A stretch of 64,000 nucleotides of DNA from Erythrobacter sp. (lineage in GTDB: Bacteria > Pseudomonadota > Alphaproteobacteria > Sphingomonadales > Sphingomonadaceae). Position 1 is the stretch's first letter. Each line of letters opens with the position of its first letter. The notes under the pieces are model-generated. The model saw nothing but the letters and a program-made list of their open reading frames with translations. It was not told the origin of the DNA and made no database searches. Made by a program: the position numbers and the translations under genes. Positions 32,446-41,834 of this stretch are shown in pieces. The stretch spans positions 35,869-99,868 of the forward strand of contig JAMNXO010000006.1 of NCBI GenBank assembly GCA_023653115.1, read 5' to 3'.

Positions 32446-33683
32446 CAGAACAGTTCCAGCTGTTCCTGCTTGGGCGCGAGCAGGCGGCGCAGGTCTGCCC
32501 GGTCGGTCAGCAGGGTGGGGCGCCAGTCGAGCGCGCAGATGAACGGGCGCACCTTGGCGATCGAAGCAGTGAGCTGCGCCACATCATCAAGCCGCAAGGT
32601 GCGGTGCCGCCGCGCCGCGATGATCCGCGCCACTGCCGTGGTCCCCAGCCCCGGCACGCGCAGCAATTGCTCCTTTGCGGCGCGGTTCACATCGACCGGA
32701 AAGCTCTCCCGGAACTTGAGCGCCCAGGCGAGTTTGGGGTCGATATCCAGCGGCAGGTTGCCATCCGCTTCGGCTGCATCGGCCACCTCGCCCGGCGCAA
32801 AGCCGTAGAACCGCATCAGCCAGTCGGACTGGTAGAGCCGGTGTTCGCGCAGCAAGGGCGGGCGCTTCAGCGGCAGCACGGCAGAGGCATCGGGGATCGG
32901 CGAGAAGGCGCTGTAATAGACCCGCCGCAGCCCGAAGGCGCCATAGAGCCGGCTCGCCTTACCAATGATCGCGGTATCATTGGCATCATCCGCGCCGACG
33001 ATCATCTGGGTCGACTGGCCCGCAGGCGCGAAGCGGGGCGCGTGGCGGAAACGCTTGCGTTCGTCCTTGGCCTCGATGATCCGCGCCTTGGTGCGCCCCA
33101 TCGCCCCTTCGATCTGGCCCGCGTTCTTATCCGGCGCGAGGCGGGTGAGGCCGGCATCGGTGGGCAGTTCGACATTGATCGACACCCGGTCGGCATAGAG
33201 CCCGGCCAGATGGATGATTTCCGCATCCGCCTCGGGGATGGTCTTCAAGTGGATATAGCCGCGAAAATCGTGTTCTTCGCGCAAGATACGGGCAACCTCG
33301 ACCAGCTGCTCCATCGTGTGGTTGGCGCTGCGCACGATGCCGGAGGACAGGAACAGCCCCTCGATATAATTGCGGCGGTAGAAATTGAGCGTGAGGTCGA
33401 CCACCTCCTGCGGGGTGAAGCGCGCGCGCGCGACGTTCGAGCTCTTGCGGTTGATGCAGTAGTGGCAATCGAAGATACAGTGATTGGTCAGCAGGATCTT
33501 GAGCAGCGAGATGCAGCGCCCGTCCGGCGCATAGGCGTGGCAGATGCCCATCCCCTCGGTCGAGCCAACGCCTTTCCCGCCCAACGAGTTCTTCTTCGCC
33601 GTACCGGATGACGCGCAGGAGGCATCATACTTGGCCGCATCGGCAAGGATTTCGAGCTTTTGGCGCAGTGTAGGAACAGACAT
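32445..33683 (-). CDS. Putative DNA modification/repair radical SAM protein (TIGR03916-type) with C-terminal HhH
   Basis: AKYDASCASSG, CIFDCHYC (CxxxCxxC), REHRLYQSDWL and LLRVPGLG. Confidence 0.92.
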   Translation of the reverse strand: MSVPTLRQKLEILADAAKYDASCASSGTAKKNSLGGKGVGSTEGMGICHAYAPDGRCISLLKILLTNHCIFDCHYCINRKSSNVARARFTPQEVVDLTLNFYRRNYIEGLFLSSGIVRSANHTMEQLVEVARILREEHDFRGYIHLKTIPEADAEIIHLAGLYADRVSINVELPTDAGLTRLAPDKNAGQIEGAMGRTKARIIEAKDERKRFRHAPRFAPAGQSTQMIVGADDANDTAIIGKASRLYGAFGLRRVYYSAFSPIPDASAVLPLKRPPLLREHRLYQSDWLMRFYGFAPGEVADAAEADGNLPLDIDPKLAWALKFRESFPVDVNRAAKEQLLRVPGLGTTAVARIIAARRHRTLRLDDVAQLTASIAKVRPFICALDWRPTLLTDRADLRRLLAPKQEQLELF

Positions 33684-33685
33684 AT

Positions 33686-33700
33686 GTTCTATATATGTTC
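33686..33700 (-). promoter_or_regulatory. LexA (SOS) box, alphaproteobacterial type
   Basis: GTTC-TATATAT-GTTC (GTTC-N7-GTTC), 2 nt upstream of the radical SAM ATG. Confidence 0.88.
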
Positions 33701-33779
33701 CATGACATCCCTATGCCAGTGCGTTCTTTGCAACCGCATGCTATCCGGTGGCGATAGCGGGCGACCAGGAGAGACGCGC

Positions 33780-34319
33780 ATGAACCGGCAAGCTGCAAGC
33801 AAACCCATCGCATCACCCCCGTGGCGGATGCTGGGCTGGGGCGTGATCGCCGGTCTGCTGGTGCTGCCCGCCATCGCCATGCAGTTCACCACCGAGGTCA
33901 ATTGGACGGCATCGGACTTTGTCGCGGCCGCCGTGCTGCTGGGCGGGGTCGGCGTCGCTTTCGAAATCGCGGTGCGAGCAAGCGGCCACTGGGCCTATCG
34001 CGGCGGAGCGGCGGTGGCGCTCGCCCTTTCGCTGATGCTGCTATGGGGCAATGCCGCGGTAGGAATCGTCGGTTCGGAAGACGCCCCGATCAACCAGTGG
34101 TTCAACCTCATCCCGCTGCTGGCGCTGGCCGGATCACTGGCCGCGCGGTTGCGCGCGCGGGGCATGGCGACAGCGATGGGGGTAACCGCGACCGCGCAAT
34201 TGCTGGTGGGCGCAATCGTGCAATTCCAGGGGCACTTTACCTGGGTTTTCACCGGGCTGTGGTGCCTGGGCTGGCTATTTTCTGCGTGGCTGTTCCGCCG
34301 CGCAGACGCGCGCGCCTGA
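33780..34319 (+). CDS. Hypothetical integral membrane protein
   Basis: About 5-6 hydrophobic helices, motif AMQFTTEVNWTASDF, GGAG RBS. Confidence 0.75.
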   Translation: MNRQAASKPIASPPWRMLGWGVIAGLLVLPAIAMQFTTEVNWTASDFVAAAVLLGGVGVAFEIAVRASGHWAYRGGAAVALALSLMLLWGNAAVGIVGSEDAPINQWFNLIPLLALAGSLAARLRARGMATAMGVTATAQLLVGAIVQFQGHFTWVFTGLWCLGWLFSAWLFRRADARA

Positions 34320-34325
34320 CGCGGA

Positions 34326-34646
34326 CTACTTGCGGTTGACGAGCCGCTTGAGACCACCGTGTTCGAACAGGTGATCAAGCACCGCCGGGTGCATTCCGCC
34401 TTCGAACGCCACCCCGGCGATCGGGCCTTCGAGCCAGGCCACCGTGCCGAGCGGGGCGTTGACCTCGGCGACTTTCATCGTCACCCGGTCGCCGATTTCG
34501 GCAAAGCCGGCCTTGCCGCGAATTTTGCAGCCGCCCTCGGAAATATCGATCAGATCGACAAAGACAACACGCGAACGCACGCGTCCCTTCACCGTGAGGC
34601 TCAGCGGGCGGCGTTCGGAATTGCGCGGGATCGAGTCCAAGTTCAT
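34326..34646 (-). CDS. Stand-alone PilZ-domain protein
   Basis: RxxxR (RNSER) and DxSxxG (DISEGG) c-di-GMP-binding motifs. Confidence 0.85.
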   Translation of the reverse strand: MNLDSIPRNSERRPLSLTVKGRVRSRVVFVDLIDISEGGCKIRGKAGFAEIGDRVTMKVAEVNAPLGTVAWLEGPIAGVAFEGGMHPAVLDHLFEHGGLKRLVNRK

Positions 34647-34702
34647 GATCTTGTTATTGCATAAAGGAGTAAAGGAATTCTGAGCATCAGGCACGGGGTT
34701 CC

Positions 34703-36349
34703 TCACGCGAACAGGCCGTGCAGGAACCAGTCCGGCACGCCCCCGCGTCCGTCGCCCGTGATACCCTGGCGGTAGATCCAGTAGCGCCGCCCATCGGCAT
34801 CCTCGATCCGGTAGTAATCGCGCAGCCGTGCGGTGGAGCGTTCGCGCCACCATTCGGGCGCGATCCGCTCCGGCCCTTCGACCCGCACCACCTCCCGCAC
34901 GCTCCCGCGCCAGCGGAAGCGCTGCGGGTAGCCATCGGGCGAGGCATAGAGCACCGCGATCTGCTCGGCCCGCTCGAGCAGCTTCATCGGACGGGTGTGA
35001 AAGGCGAGCGCGCCTTGCGAGGCCGGCACCGGATCGAGCGGTGCCTGCCAGCCCTGCGCGCGTTCGGGGATGTGGCTGGCGCGGGCGACCGGGCGGGTGA
35101 CAGCGCGCGGGCCAAGCCGCACGCTCAGCCGGTCGATACAGGCCGCCAGCGATGTGCCGTGGCTTTCGGCAGCAGCATCGAGATCAGCCTGCGATAGCGC
35201 CAGCGGCTCGCTCCAGCTGGCGCGCAACTGCACCGCCTCGATCCCGAAGCCAGCCTCGATATCATCGAGCCTTGCGGCAAACAGCCGGATCATGTGGCTG
35301 GCCTCGCGGGTGACGGCGGCCAGCTCGATCCGGCGCCACAGCACCTCGCCATCAACCCGCCACAGCCCCAGTTCGAGCCGCCGCGCGCCCTCGCCCCGCG
35401 CCTCCAAGGCACGCACCATATCCGCCGCGAGGTCTTCCACCACCCGGTCGAGCAGATCGCGGTGGCGCAGCGGCTCCATCACGCGGCGCTGCACCATCGG
35501 CATGGGCTGCGCGATCACCGGCAGCAGCGGCTCGGGCACCTTGCCGAGCAGCTGATCCAGCCGCAGCAACGGATTGGCGGCGGGGGAGCGATGATTGCGG
35601 AACCGGCGGCGCAGGGCATCGCGCGCGGCAGCTTCCTGGTGCGGATCATCCGCCCCCGCCCCGCTCACCCCCGCCAACTGGCCCAGCCGCTTGATCCCGA
35701 GACGCCGCAGCACGGTAAGCACATCGTCATCCAGCCTGAGCGCTGCCACCGGCAGGTCGGCGAGTTGGCGCAGCGGATCATCCCCAGGCGCAAGGATCGC
35801 CCCGGGCGGGCCAAAGTGCGAAAGCGCCCAGGCCGCCCCTGCGGTAGGGGCGAGCGCGGCGCGCACGTTCAGCCCGAGCGCGGCAAAGGCAGCGGCGACA
35901 TCGGCCAGCAGCCGCTCCTCTCCGCCCCACAGATGGGCCGCTCCGGTGATATCGACCAGCACGCCATCGGGCGGATCGAGCGCGCTCCACGGCCCCCAGC
36001 GCTGCGCCCAGAGGGCGAGCTTCTCCAGCGCGGCAAGATCGCCTGCGGGATCGGCCGGGACAGCCGCAAGTTCAGGGCAGAGCGCGCGCGCATCGGCAAG
36101 CAGCATTCCCGGCCGCGCGCCAGCCGCAAGTCCGGCATCATTGGCAGCAGCAATGCGCGGGCCATGCGCGGTCTCGGCGATCAGCGCGGTGGGCGCGGCT
36201 TCGGCGGCAGCTGCGCCGGAAGCACCGGAGGCGTCAGGCGCGCGCGCGCGCCGCCAGCGATCGACCGACAGTCGGGCGAACCAGATGGATAAAATCCGGC
36301 GCGGCGGCGCGTTCGGGATCGGGGCGGAGGCGCAGGGTTCCATTGTCAT
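34703..36349 (-). CDS. imuB: ImuB (inactive Y-family polymerase homologue)
   Basis: RRILSIWF, GMLLADARALCP, SHIPERA, GPERIAPEWW, RDYYRIED and WFLHGLFA. Start uncertain (36349 or 36343). Confidence 0.9.
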   Translation of the reverse strand: MTMEPCASAPIPNAPPRRILSIWFARLSVDRWRRARAPDASGASGAAAAEAAPTALIAETAHGPRIAAANDAGLAAGARPGMLLADARALCPELAAVPADPAGDLAALEKLALWAQRWGPWSALDPPDGVLVDITGAAHLWGGEERLLADVAAAFAALGLNVRAALAPTAGAAWALSHFGPPGAILAPGDDPLRQLADLPVAALRLDDDVLTVLRRLGIKRLGQLAGVSGAGADDPHQEAAARDALRRRFRNHRSPAANPLLRLDQLLGKVPEPLLPVIAQPMPMVQRRVMEPLRHRDLLDRVVEDLAADMVRALEARGEGARRLELGLWRVDGEVLWRRIELAAVTREASHMIRLFAARLDDIEAGFGIEAVQLRASWSEPLALSQADLDAAAESHGTSLAACIDRLSVRLGPRAVTRPVARASHIPERAQGWQAPLDPVPASQGALAFHTRPMKLLERAEQIAVLYASPDGYPQRFRWRGSVREVVRVEGPERIAPEWWRERSTARLRDYYRIEDADGRRYWIYRQGITGDGRGGVPDWFLHGLFA

Positions 36350-37010
36350 CGCAGAGCATCCATTGCCCGGGCGCATGGCGGCGGGCGCGGAACAGTTCAG
36401 CCTGCCAGCTGGCATGGCCGGGTGCCGCCGGGTTCCAGCGCGGCGGCAGCGACGGTGCGGCCGCTACTCGCCAGCGCATCCGTGCAGACGACAGGTCAGG
36501 CTCGGCATCAAGCCGCACCAGCCACAATCGCACGCCGTGGCGTTCGGCGGTGAGGCTGAGGCGGCGCGAAGCGGTGAAGCCGAGCGCGCGCGGATTGCCC
36601 GCAATCTCGCCGATCACGCAGGCCAGATCGTGGCACTTGAGCCCCTCCTCCAATGCGAACAGCGCATCCTCTGGCGTGGCGGCGGCAACATGGATCAGGC
36701 GGCGACGCATATCGGGCGGCAGGCCGGCAAGACAGGGCCGCCCGCCGAGCCGCATCGCCTTGCGATCCTGCACCCACAGCACATGGCGCGTGCCCTCCCC
36801 TGCTGCCTCGCCAAGCGACGCCAAGGCGTCACGCGCCAGCGCCAGCGCGAGCCCCGCCCCGCTCGCTTCGGTGGCGGGGGCGAAGATCTCGCTGTGGAAC
36901 GGGTGATCAGCGAGCCCCGGCCGCCAGCGTGCTTCGGGCACAGCGGCAGCAACGGCGCGGGGCAGCACACGGGCGGGGGACGGTTTGGAGAACATGGACG
37001 AACGACTCAT
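36234..37010 (-). CDS. imuA: ImuA (RecA-like mutagenesis protein)
   Basis: VLWVQDR, DALFALEEGLKC, FTASRRLSL and SSARMRWRV. Upstream of imuB with a LexA box. Confidence 0.88.
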   Translation of the reverse strand: MSRSSMFSKPSPARVLPRAVAAAVPEARWRPGLADHPFHSEIFAPATEASGAGLALALARDALASLGEAAGEGTRHVLWVQDRKAMRLGGRPCLAGLPPDMRRRLIHVAAATPEDALFALEEGLKCHDLACVIGEIAGNPRALGFTASRRLSLTAERHGVRLWLVRLDAEPDLSSARMRWRVAAAPSLPPRWNPAAPGHASWQAELFRARRHAPGQWMLCDDNGTLRLRPDPERAAAPDFIHLVRPTVGRSLAARARA

Positions 37011-37012
37011 AT

Positions 37013-37027
37013 GTTCGCATTATGTTC
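37013..37027 (-). promoter_or_regulatory. LexA (SOS) box overlapping the imuA promoter
   Basis: GTTC-GCATTAT-GTTC. Minus-strand TTGCCA (37047-37042)-N17-CATAAT (37024-37019). Confidence 0.88.
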
Positions 37028-37049
37028 CAACATTGCCGGCTTGGCAATG

Positions 37050-37088
37050 CAAAGGGCGCGGGAAGCATTCCGTGCTCCCCGCGCCCTT
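37050..37088 (-). terminator. Hairpin downstream of the amino acid permease
   Basis: 11-bp stem AAGGGCGCGGG/CCCGCGCCCTT with only a weak U-tail. Confidence 0.5.
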
Positions 37089-37119
37089 CAAATTATCGGC
37101 ACGCAATTATCGGCGAGGG

Positions 37120-38682
37120 TTACTCGTCGACCACCGGCCCGGGGAATTCGCCCATATCCGGCGCATCGTCCTGCGGATCACCATGCTGCAGGTTGGAGTT
37201 GTGGATGCCGTAGACGAAATACAGCGCCAGCGCTCCGACCATGTAATAGACGAAGAACATCAGCACATTGAGCGGAACGGTCGTGATCAGATACAGGCAC
37301 GACAGGATGCCGAGCACCGGCAGCACCGGATAGAGCGGCACCTTGAACCCGCGCGGCAACTCCGGCGCGGCGCGGCGCAGGTAAATCACCGAGAGGCACA
37401 CGATCGCAAACGCCGCCAGCGTGCCGACCGAGGTCATATCGCCCAGCACGTTGATGTCGAAGAAACCGGCTGCCACTGCCGTCACGCCGCCCACCACCAT
37501 CGTGTTGATGGCAGGCGTGTGGAACCGCTTGTTCACCCGGGCGAATACCTTGGGCAACAGGCCGTCGCGGGCCATGGTGTAGAAGATGCGGGTCTGGGCA
37601 TACATCAGCACCAGCACCACCGAGGTCAGGCCGATGATCGCGCCGACCTTGATGATCTTGGCAAGCCAGCCCCACTGTGCGCCGAAGTTGTCGACCACCA
37701 CCGCAACCGGATCGGGCACGTTCAGCGTGTTATAGGGCACCAGCAGCGTCATAATCGCGGCCACCAGCATGTAGATCACCGTGCACACCACCAGCGAACC
37801 GATGATGCCGAAGGGCATATCCTTGGCCGGATCCTTGGCTTCCTGGCCGGCGGTCGAAACCGCTTCAAAGCCGATGTAAGCGAAGAACACGATCGAGGCG
37901 GCGCGCATGATCCCGTCGACCCCGAATTCGCCGGGGCCGGTATTCTCGGGGATGAACGGCACCCAGTTGGTCGCCATCAGTTCGGGCAGATTGCCGAGCA
38001 CGATCGTCCCGCCAACAAGGATGAAGGCCGCCAGAACGCTGACCTTGATCGCAACGATAACGTTGTTGACCTTGGCCGATTCCGAAACGCCCACCACCAG
38101 CAGAGCGGCCAGCAAGCCGCAGATGAGGAAGGCGGGCAGGTTGAAGATCGTCGTCACCGTCTGGCCATCGACCACCACCGGCACCCCGTCACGGATCAGC
38201 GGATAGCCCGCAGGACCGGTAAATTGCGGCGGAATGACAAGGCCGAAGTCCGCCAGCAGACTGACAACATAGCCAGACCAGCCGACCGCCACAACCGAGG
38301 CAGCAAGCCCGTATTCAAGCAGCAGCAGCGCGCCCATGATCCACGCCACGAATTCACCCAGCGTGGTGTAGCCGTAGGTGTAGGCCGAGCCCGACACCGG
38401 CAGCGTGGAGGAAAGTTCGGCATAGCACAGGCCCGCAAAGGCACAGACGATGCCCGCCACCACGAAGCTCAGCAGCACCGCCGGCCCGGCATGGAGCGCC
38501 GCCGCACTGCCGGTGCGCACGAAAATGCCCGCCCCGATGATGCAGCCCACGCCCAGCAGCAGCAGGTTCCACTTGCCGAGCGAACGCTTCAGCTCACTCG
38601 TCTGGGTCTCACGCTGGACCTGCGCAATCGATTTGCGCGCGAACATGCGCTGGAAAACGCCCCGGTTCGGTTTGCTGGCCAT
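37120..38682 (-). CDS. APC-family amino acid permease
   Basis: GCIIGAGIF, CYAELSS, SGSAYTY and FFAYIGFE. About 13 transmembrane helices. Confidence 0.92.
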   Translation of the reverse strand: MASKPNRGVFQRMFARKSIAQVQRETQTSELKRSLGKWNLLLLGVGCIIGAGIFVRTGSAAALHAGPAVLLSFVVAGIVCAFAGLCYAELSSTLPVSGSAYTYGYTTLGEFVAWIMGALLLLEYGLAASVVAVGWSGYVVSLLADFGLVIPPQFTGPAGYPLIRDGVPVVVDGQTVTTIFNLPAFLICGLLAALLVVGVSESAKVNNVIVAIKVSVLAAFILVGGTIVLGNLPELMATNWVPFIPENTGPGEFGVDGIMRAASIVFFAYIGFEAVSTAGQEAKDPAKDMPFGIIGSLVVCTVIYMLVAAIMTLLVPYNTLNVPDPVAVVVDNFGAQWGWLAKIIKVGAIIGLTSVVLVLMYAQTRIFYTMARDGLLPKVFARVNKRFHTPAINTMVVGGVTAVAAGFFDINVLGDMTSVGTLAAFAIVCLSVIYLRRAAPELPRGFKVPLYPVLPVLGILSCLYLITTVPLNVLMFFVYYMVGALALYFVYGIHNSNLQHGDPQDDAPDMGEFPGPVVDE

Positions 38683-38875
38683 CAGTAATTCCCCCTGCAC
38701 GCCTGCGCGGCGCGCAACTTGATCCTGTCAAGAAACATCTGAATTAGGTCTCCCATTGACCGCAGGCAGATCCCCCGCGCGATCGTCAGGCCGCAACGCT
38801 AGCGCAACACAGGCGCAACACAAGTCGAAAGCGCGCTCTTTCCCCCGACGCGCGCAGGCGCTAGACGCGTGCGCT

Positions 38876-39748
38876 ATGTCCACCACCTTCCAGCTCGACA
38901 CCAGCACCAGCCGTGCCAACCCGACCCCGCAGGTAATGCGGCGGCTGACCGTGCCGGGCATTCGCGCGCGCAAAACCGATGGTGTCACCGCCGAGCCGCT
39001 GGTGATGCTGACCGCCTATACGGCCCGCCAGGCGCAACTGCTCGATACGCATTGTGATCTGCTGCTGGTGGGGGATTCGCTGGGGCAAGTGATCTACGGC
39101 CTGCCCTCAACCATTCCGGTGACGCTCGAGATGATGGCGAACCACGGCGCGGCGGTGGTGCGCGGCTCGTATCATTCGGTGGTGGTGGTCGATATGCCCT
39201 TCGGCTCCTACGAGGCCTCGCCCGAGCAGGCGTTTGAAAGCGCGGCCTTCCTGCTCAAGCAAACCGGCGCGGCGGCGGTTAAGCTCGAAGGCGGGGCGGC
39301 GATGGCGCCAACGGTCGCGTTTTTGAACAGCCGCGGCATTCCGGTGATGGGGCACGTCGGCCTCACACCGCAGGCGGTCAACGTGCTCGGCGGCTACGGC
39401 GCACGCGGGCGGTCTGACGCCGAGGCAGAGAAGATTGTCTCTGATGCCATCGCGCTCGATCAGGCGGGCGCCTTCGCGATTGTGATCGAAGGCGTGGTCG
39501 AACCCATCGCCATTGCCGCCACCCGTGCGGTTTCCTGCCCCACCATCGGCATTGGCGCATCGGCACAGTGCGACGGGCAGGTGCTCGTCACCGAAGATAT
39601 GCTCGGGATGTTCGAACGCGTCCCGCGCTTCGTGAAACGCTATGAAGACATCGCGGGCGTGATTGATCGCACCGTCGCCCGCTATGCCGAAGAGGTGCGC
39701 AGCCGCGCCTTCCCCGGCGAAGACCAGACCTACCAGCCCAAGGGCTGA
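38876..39748 (+). CDS. panB: 3-methyl-2-oxobutanoate hydroxymethyltransferase
   Basis: LVGDSLG, DMPFGSYE, VKLEGG and GHVGLTPQ. Confidence 0.96.
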   Translation: MSTTFQLDTSTSRANPTPQVMRRLTVPGIRARKTDGVTAEPLVMLTAYTARQAQLLDTHCDLLLVGDSLGQVIYGLPSTIPVTLEMMANHGAAVVRGSYHSVVVVDMPFGSYEASPEQAFESAAFLLKQTGAAAVKLEGGAAMAPTVAFLNSRGIPVMGHVGLTPQAVNVLGGYGARGRSDAEAEKIVSDAIALDQAGAFAIVIEGVVEPIAIAATRAVSCPTIGIGASAQCDGQVLVTEDMLGMFERVPRFVKRYEDIAGVIDRTVARYAEEVRSRAFPGEDQTYQPKG

Positions 39749-39786
39749 TTTCCCCGTCTCCCCTCAGAAGGTTCAATCCCACAGCC

Positions 39787-40854
39787 ATGCAGACGCTGCT
39801 CCGATTCTATACTGGTTCGTTGTTGTTCACGATCATCTGTCTTGGCCTTGCCGGCTATTACGGCATGGTCAGTACCGGCACGATGATGGGCGTGGCTGAA
39901 GTGCTGTGGATCGTGGTGATCCTCTCGGTGCTCGAAGTCTCGCTCAGCTTTGACAACGCGGTGGTCAACGCCTCGGTGCTCAAGGAGATGGACGAGGTCT
40001 GGCAGAAGCGGTTTCTGACCTGGGGCATCGCCTTTGCGGTGTTCGGGATGCGGATCGTCTTCCCGCTGGCGATCGTGGCGATTGCGGCCAGCATCGGGCC
40101 GATGGAGGCCTTGAACCTCTCGCTCAATGATCCGGCAAAGTATGAAGCGCTAGTGAGTTCTGCCCACATCGGCATTGCCGGGTTCGGCGGGGCGTTCCTT
40201 GCCATGGTGGGGATGAAGTTCTTCTTCGATGCGGACAAGGACGTGCACTGGATCGGCGCCATCGAACGCGCGCTGTCGAAGGTTTCGGCCCTTCCCGCGA
40301 TCGAGATTGCCATTCTGCTGCTGACGATGTGGGGGATTTCGACGTTCCTTTCGGTCGAAGAAGCGCACACCTTCCTTGTTTCGGGGATGCTCGGCCTTGT
40401 CACCTTCATTGCGGTGGAAGCGGTGAGCCACTGGCTCGAAATGCGCGAGGAAGCCGCAAGACTGGCCGGCGCGGTGGTGCGCAGCGGCCTTGGCGGATTT
40501 ATCTACCTCAACATCCTCGACGCCAGCTTCAGCTTTGACGGGGTGATCGGGGCCTTCGCGTTGTCGAACAACATGATCGTGATCGCGCTGGGCCTCTCGA
40601 TCGGGGCGATGTTCGTGCGCTCGATGACGGTGCATCTGGTCAAGCAGGGAACGCTCGCGGAGTATCGCTATCTTGAACACGGCGCCTTCTGGGCGATCGT
40701 GGTGCTGGGCGCGATCATGCTGGTGTCGGCGGTGGTGCACATCCCCGAGACGATCACCGGCCTGATCGGTGCGATCCTGATCGGCGTGTCGTTCTGGTGG
40801 TCAGTGCGCCACCAGAAGGCTGAAAAGGCCGCTAACCCCGCGCCAGACGCGTAG
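39787..40854 (+). CDS. DUF475 (TerC-related) membrane protein
   Basis: EVSLSFDNAVVNA, DASFSFDGVIGAF and YLEHGAFWAI. Confidence 0.87.
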   Translation: MQTLLRFYTGSLLFTIICLGLAGYYGMVSTGTMMGVAEVLWIVVILSVLEVSLSFDNAVVNASVLKEMDEVWQKRFLTWGIAFAVFGMRIVFPLAIVAIAASIGPMEALNLSLNDPAKYEALVSSAHIGIAGFGGAFLAMVGMKFFFDADKDVHWIGAIERALSKVSALPAIEIAILLLTMWGISTFLSVEEAHTFLVSGMLGLVTFIAVEAVSHWLEMREEAARLAGAVVRSGLGGFIYLNILDASFSFDGVIGAFALSNNMIVIALGLSIGAMFVRSMTVHLVKQGTLAEYRYLEHGAFWAIVVLGAIMLVSAVVHIPETITGLIGAILIGVSFWWSVRHQKAEKAANPAPDA

Positions 40855-41794
40855 CGAGCGGCGCGGCCAGCACCAGCTGGGCAAGGTGATAGAGCAGCAG
40901 CGGAGCGATCACGAAGCCCGCCGCTGAGGCCGGAAACAGGATCGCAGCAAGCGGCGCGCCAATGGCGACGCTCTTCTGCGATCCCGCAAACAGGAAGGTG
41001 ATCCGGTCAGCGCGCGGCAAGCCGAGCGCGCCTCCGATGGCCCACGCCGCGCCCAGTGCCAATGCTAGCAGCACCAGCACCAAGGCCACCAGCACCGCCC
41101 AGTCGCCCGGGGTAAACAGCTGCGCCAGCCCCTGCTCGACCGCGCCCGAGAAGGCGACATAGACCGCCAGACCGATCACCGCGCGGTCCAGCCACACAAT
41201 GCGCGCGCGCTGGGCGGCCACCCGCTCGATCACCCTGTCCTGCACCGCCTGCCCGATCACGAAGGGCAGCACGAGGATCAGGCCGATGCGGATCACCGCC
41301 TCGCTACCGATTTCGCCCGCCCCTCCGCCGCCCAGCAGCGCAAACAGCGGCGCGCTGACGAACACGCCCGCAATGTTGATCAGCGCCGCGCCGACCACGG
41401 CCAGCGCGACATTGCCATTGGCGAGGCTGGTATAGGACGTCGCTGACTGGATCGTCGAAGGCAGGCAGCCGAGATAAATGAAGCCAAGCGCAACCAGCGG
41501 CGGCAGCAGCCCCGAAGCAAGGCTGGCAAAACCCACACCCGCCAGCGCCATCCCGCCGAACACGAACAGCATCAGCGGCCCGAAAAAGCGCCAATTGGCG
41601 ATGCCGCGCGCAATCTCGCTGCGGCGGATGCGCATTCCGTTGACCAGAAACAGCACGAAGATCCCGCCGTTGGAGATATGGCGTGCCCAGTCACGCCCCT
41701 CGCCGGTTGCAGGCAGCAACAGGGCAAGCATGGTCGCCAGCACCAGCACGGCGATCATCGGATCGGTCAGAAGCGGGAGGCGGCGCAGCAGCAT
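40832..41794 (-). CDS. Bile acid:sodium symporter (SBF-like) family transporter
   Basis: CLPSTIQSATSYTSLANGN and GSQKSVAIGAPLA. Multi-TM protein. ATG 41794 chosen over the ORF-track extension. Confidence 0.85.
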   Translation of the reverse strand: MLLRRLPLLTDPMIAVLVLATMLALLLPATGEGRDWARHISNGGIFVLFLVNGMRIRRSEIARGIANWRFFGPLMLFVFGGMALAGVGFASLASGLLPPLVALGFIYLGCLPSTIQSATSYTSLANGNVALAVVGAALINIAGVFVSAPLFALLGGGGAGEIGSEAVIRIGLILVLPFVIGQAVQDRVIERVAAQRARIVWLDRAVIGLAVYVAFSGAVEQGLAQLFTPGDWAVLVALVLVLLALALGAAWAIGGALGLPRADRITFLFAGSQKSVAIGAPLAAILFPASAAGFVIAPLLLYHLAQLVLAAPLATRLARG

Positions 41795-41834
41795 GGCGAC
41801 GCGCCCTGCCCGCCCGCGCGGCACTTGTCGAGCC

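Noticed and set aside
40832-40854. Tail-to-tail overlap of the DUF475 gene and the symporter
   Set aside because: A 23-nt convergent overlap is common and has no supporting regulatory signal.
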